Both the position numbers and the translations under genes were made by a program. 39,288 nucleotides of DNA, from the NCBI GenBank assembly GCA_023261745.1, contig JAGDXR010000040.1, positions 4,682 through 43,969 on the forward strand, given 5' to 3'. The DNA is from Thermoplasmata archaeon (lineage in GTDB: Archaea; Thermoplasmatota; Thermoplasmata; Thermoplasmatales; ARK-15). Every line of letters begins with the position of its first letter. Position 1 is the stretch's first letter. Under the pieces are notes generated by a model that was not told where the DNA came from, did not search any database, and was given only the letters and a program-made list of their open reading frames with translations. This document shows, one piece after another, positions 37,818 to 39,288 of the stretch.

Positions 37818-39098
37818 TTATAAATTTTCTTTTATTTCTATTATTTTATCTAAATCCATCCTTGTGAAATCAACTAAAAATAACGTGATTATAGCTATCA
37901 ATAAAGAAGCCACCCCAAGATACTGCATGTTAACTATTGCCGTCCTGGATTCAAATTCCGATGAACCTACAAAAAATAAACCCAGTAAAGAACCGAATTT
38001 CCCCATCATAACAGCAAAACCATAAGCAGATCCTCTGTACTCGGTTTTTGCAAGTTCAGCGGGAAAGATTCCTACCGTGGTGCTGACGAACTGGATAAAA
38101 ATTTCTGCAACGGCAATTGAAAATATTAAAACTGATATCGATGAATTTATCCATATCGGTATAGTAAAAAGTACTATCGACACACCTATTGATCCTGTTA
38201 TTTGCAGAATCTTTCTCCCTATAATATCTACTATATACATAACTATAATTGAAACTGATATTATGAGTCCACCAATTAAAAATGCTGTTATTAATTCAAC
38301 TGTATTGAGAAATAAAATCTGTTTACCCATTCTGGATAGAATGTAAGGTAAAAACAATGATGTCCCATAGGCTGCCATATCAAATAAAAACCAGTTTATG
38401 GAATTTAAAATTGTATATTTCCCTCCACGACCAGAAAACATTGATCTGACAATCTCAATACCATAGGATTTACCCTTAAGATTTTCCCATTTTTGGGATT
38501 CTGAAATTCTGCTCCTAAAATATATTGCAAATGGTGCAGGTATTAATCCTATACCTATTAAGAGCCGCCAGCCCACTGGATCTGCGGGCATAATCAGGGG
38601 AATCACAAAAGATATCAAAACACCAAAGGTTGCTCCGAGGGTGTAAACTACGTTGAGAAAAGCAAGATATTTCCCCCTGACATTGGGGTTGGAAAATTCA
38701 GCCACATATGAATTGGCTATTGGAAATTCTGAACCCATGAAAAATCCAAATAGAATTCTCATTATAACATTAATATAAAAAATTTCAAAAGATATTGATA
38801 ATAAACCAAATATTAAAAGAAAAATCAGATTTAATACATACATTCTTTTTCTGCCAAAAATATCAGTAAGAATTCCAGAAAACATGGGGCCAATAAGATA
38901 ACCTAAAAGGATTGCACCTAAAAATATTGTTGTTGTTAAAGGTTGTATTAAATATGGATAAAATGTATTTTTCATGTATATAATTCCCCATGGAAGAATT
39001 CCTACCTCATAACCAGATATGAATAGTGATGTTGAAAAAATAAATAAAACGTATATGTATTCCCTTTTTAATTTTCTTTGTGATCCAGTTTCTTCCAT
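37818..39098 (-). CDS. MFS transporter (sugar-porter/phosphate-transporter-like)
   Basis: Motif A GILTDIFGRKR, YVAEFS...RG, WR, ISES, DIIGRK, PAELAKTEYRG; about 12 TM. Confidence 0.92.
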   Translation of the reverse strand: MEETGSQRKLKREYIYVLFIFSTSLFISGYEVGILPWGIIYMKNTFYPYLIQPLTTTIFLGAILLGYLIGPMFSGILTDIFGRKRMYVLNLIFLLIFGLLSISFEIFYINVIMRILFGFFMGSEFPIANSYVAEFSNPNVRGKYLAFLNVVYTLGATFGVLISFVIPLIMPADPVGWRLLIGIGLIPAPFAIYFRSRISESQKWENLKGKSYGIEIVRSMFSGRGGKYTILNSINWFLFDMAAYGTSLFLPYILSRMGKQILFLNTVELITAFLIGGLIISVSIIVMYIVDIIGRKILQITGSIGVSIVLFTIPIWINSSISVLIFSIAVAEIFIQFVSTTVGIFPAELAKTEYRGSAYGFAVMMGKFGSLLGLFFVGSSEFESRTAIVNMQYLGVASLLIAIITLFLVDFTRMDLDKIIEIKENL

Positions 39099-39212
39099 TT
39101 ACTGATGATATGTAAATTAATTATATATATTTTAATTATCAGAGTTTTTCCTAAATTTTATTCATTGAGTTTTAAGAATTGTATAGAACTTGTATTTTAA
39201 TCACCTGACTTT

Positions 39213-39287
39213 TTAGGTATTTTTATACACTAAGTCTCTTATTTTTTCCTGGATTGAACTTAATTCTACCAATGTTTCCCATTTAAA
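39213..39287 (-). CDS. Possible 3' end of a gene entering from beyond the window
   Basis: Open frame FKWETLVELSSIQEKIRDLVYKNT* running in from the window edge; too short to identify. Confidence 0.3.
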   Translation of the reverse strand, partial: FKWETLVELSSIQEKIRDLVYKNT

Positions 39288-39288
39288 T

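Noticed and set aside
613..38346. Numerous 60-170 aa ORFs antisense to or nested in identified genes
   Set aside because: They are shadows of well-supported genes, with no recognisable motifs.
1..39288. CRISPR array, rRNA genes, integrase/provirus, tRNA introns
   Set aside because: Manual reading found no regularly spaced repeats, rRNA-like stretches, integrase motifs or intron insertions.

Overview
Archaeal chromosomal segment, most consistent with class Thermoplasmata. This assignment is inferred from the long N-terminally extended SecY, the absence of eL14/eL34 from the cluster, and rpe plus an archaeal-type glyA. The core is the large minus-strand ribosomal superoperon (uL3 to uL15, secY, adk, DUF106, cmk, cbf5, nop5), the Sm-eL37-purF cluster and the eS19-PDCD5-eL39-eL31-aIF6 cluster. 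Also present are ftsZ, two tRNAs (Phe partial, Ala-CGC) and housekeeping enzymes. Three small r-protein genes missing from the ORF track (eL37, uS14, eL39) were translated by hand. An accessory islet at about 26.5-30.8 kb holds a decayed IS200/IS605 tnpB element and a second, ends-only copy of the same element, together flanking a 7-TM gene. The strongest novelty candidate is an intact 920-aa isoleucyl-tRNA-synthetase paralogue that has lost the HIGH, KMSKS and editing motifs, kept all Zn-binding cysteines, and gained a C-terminal helix-hairpin-helix plus zinc-ribbon module. Other candidates are a multi-stem RNA leader upstream of rpl3 and a degenerate STAND-ATPase/TPR protein upstream of ftsZ. 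All calls come from manual motif reading; no searches were run.
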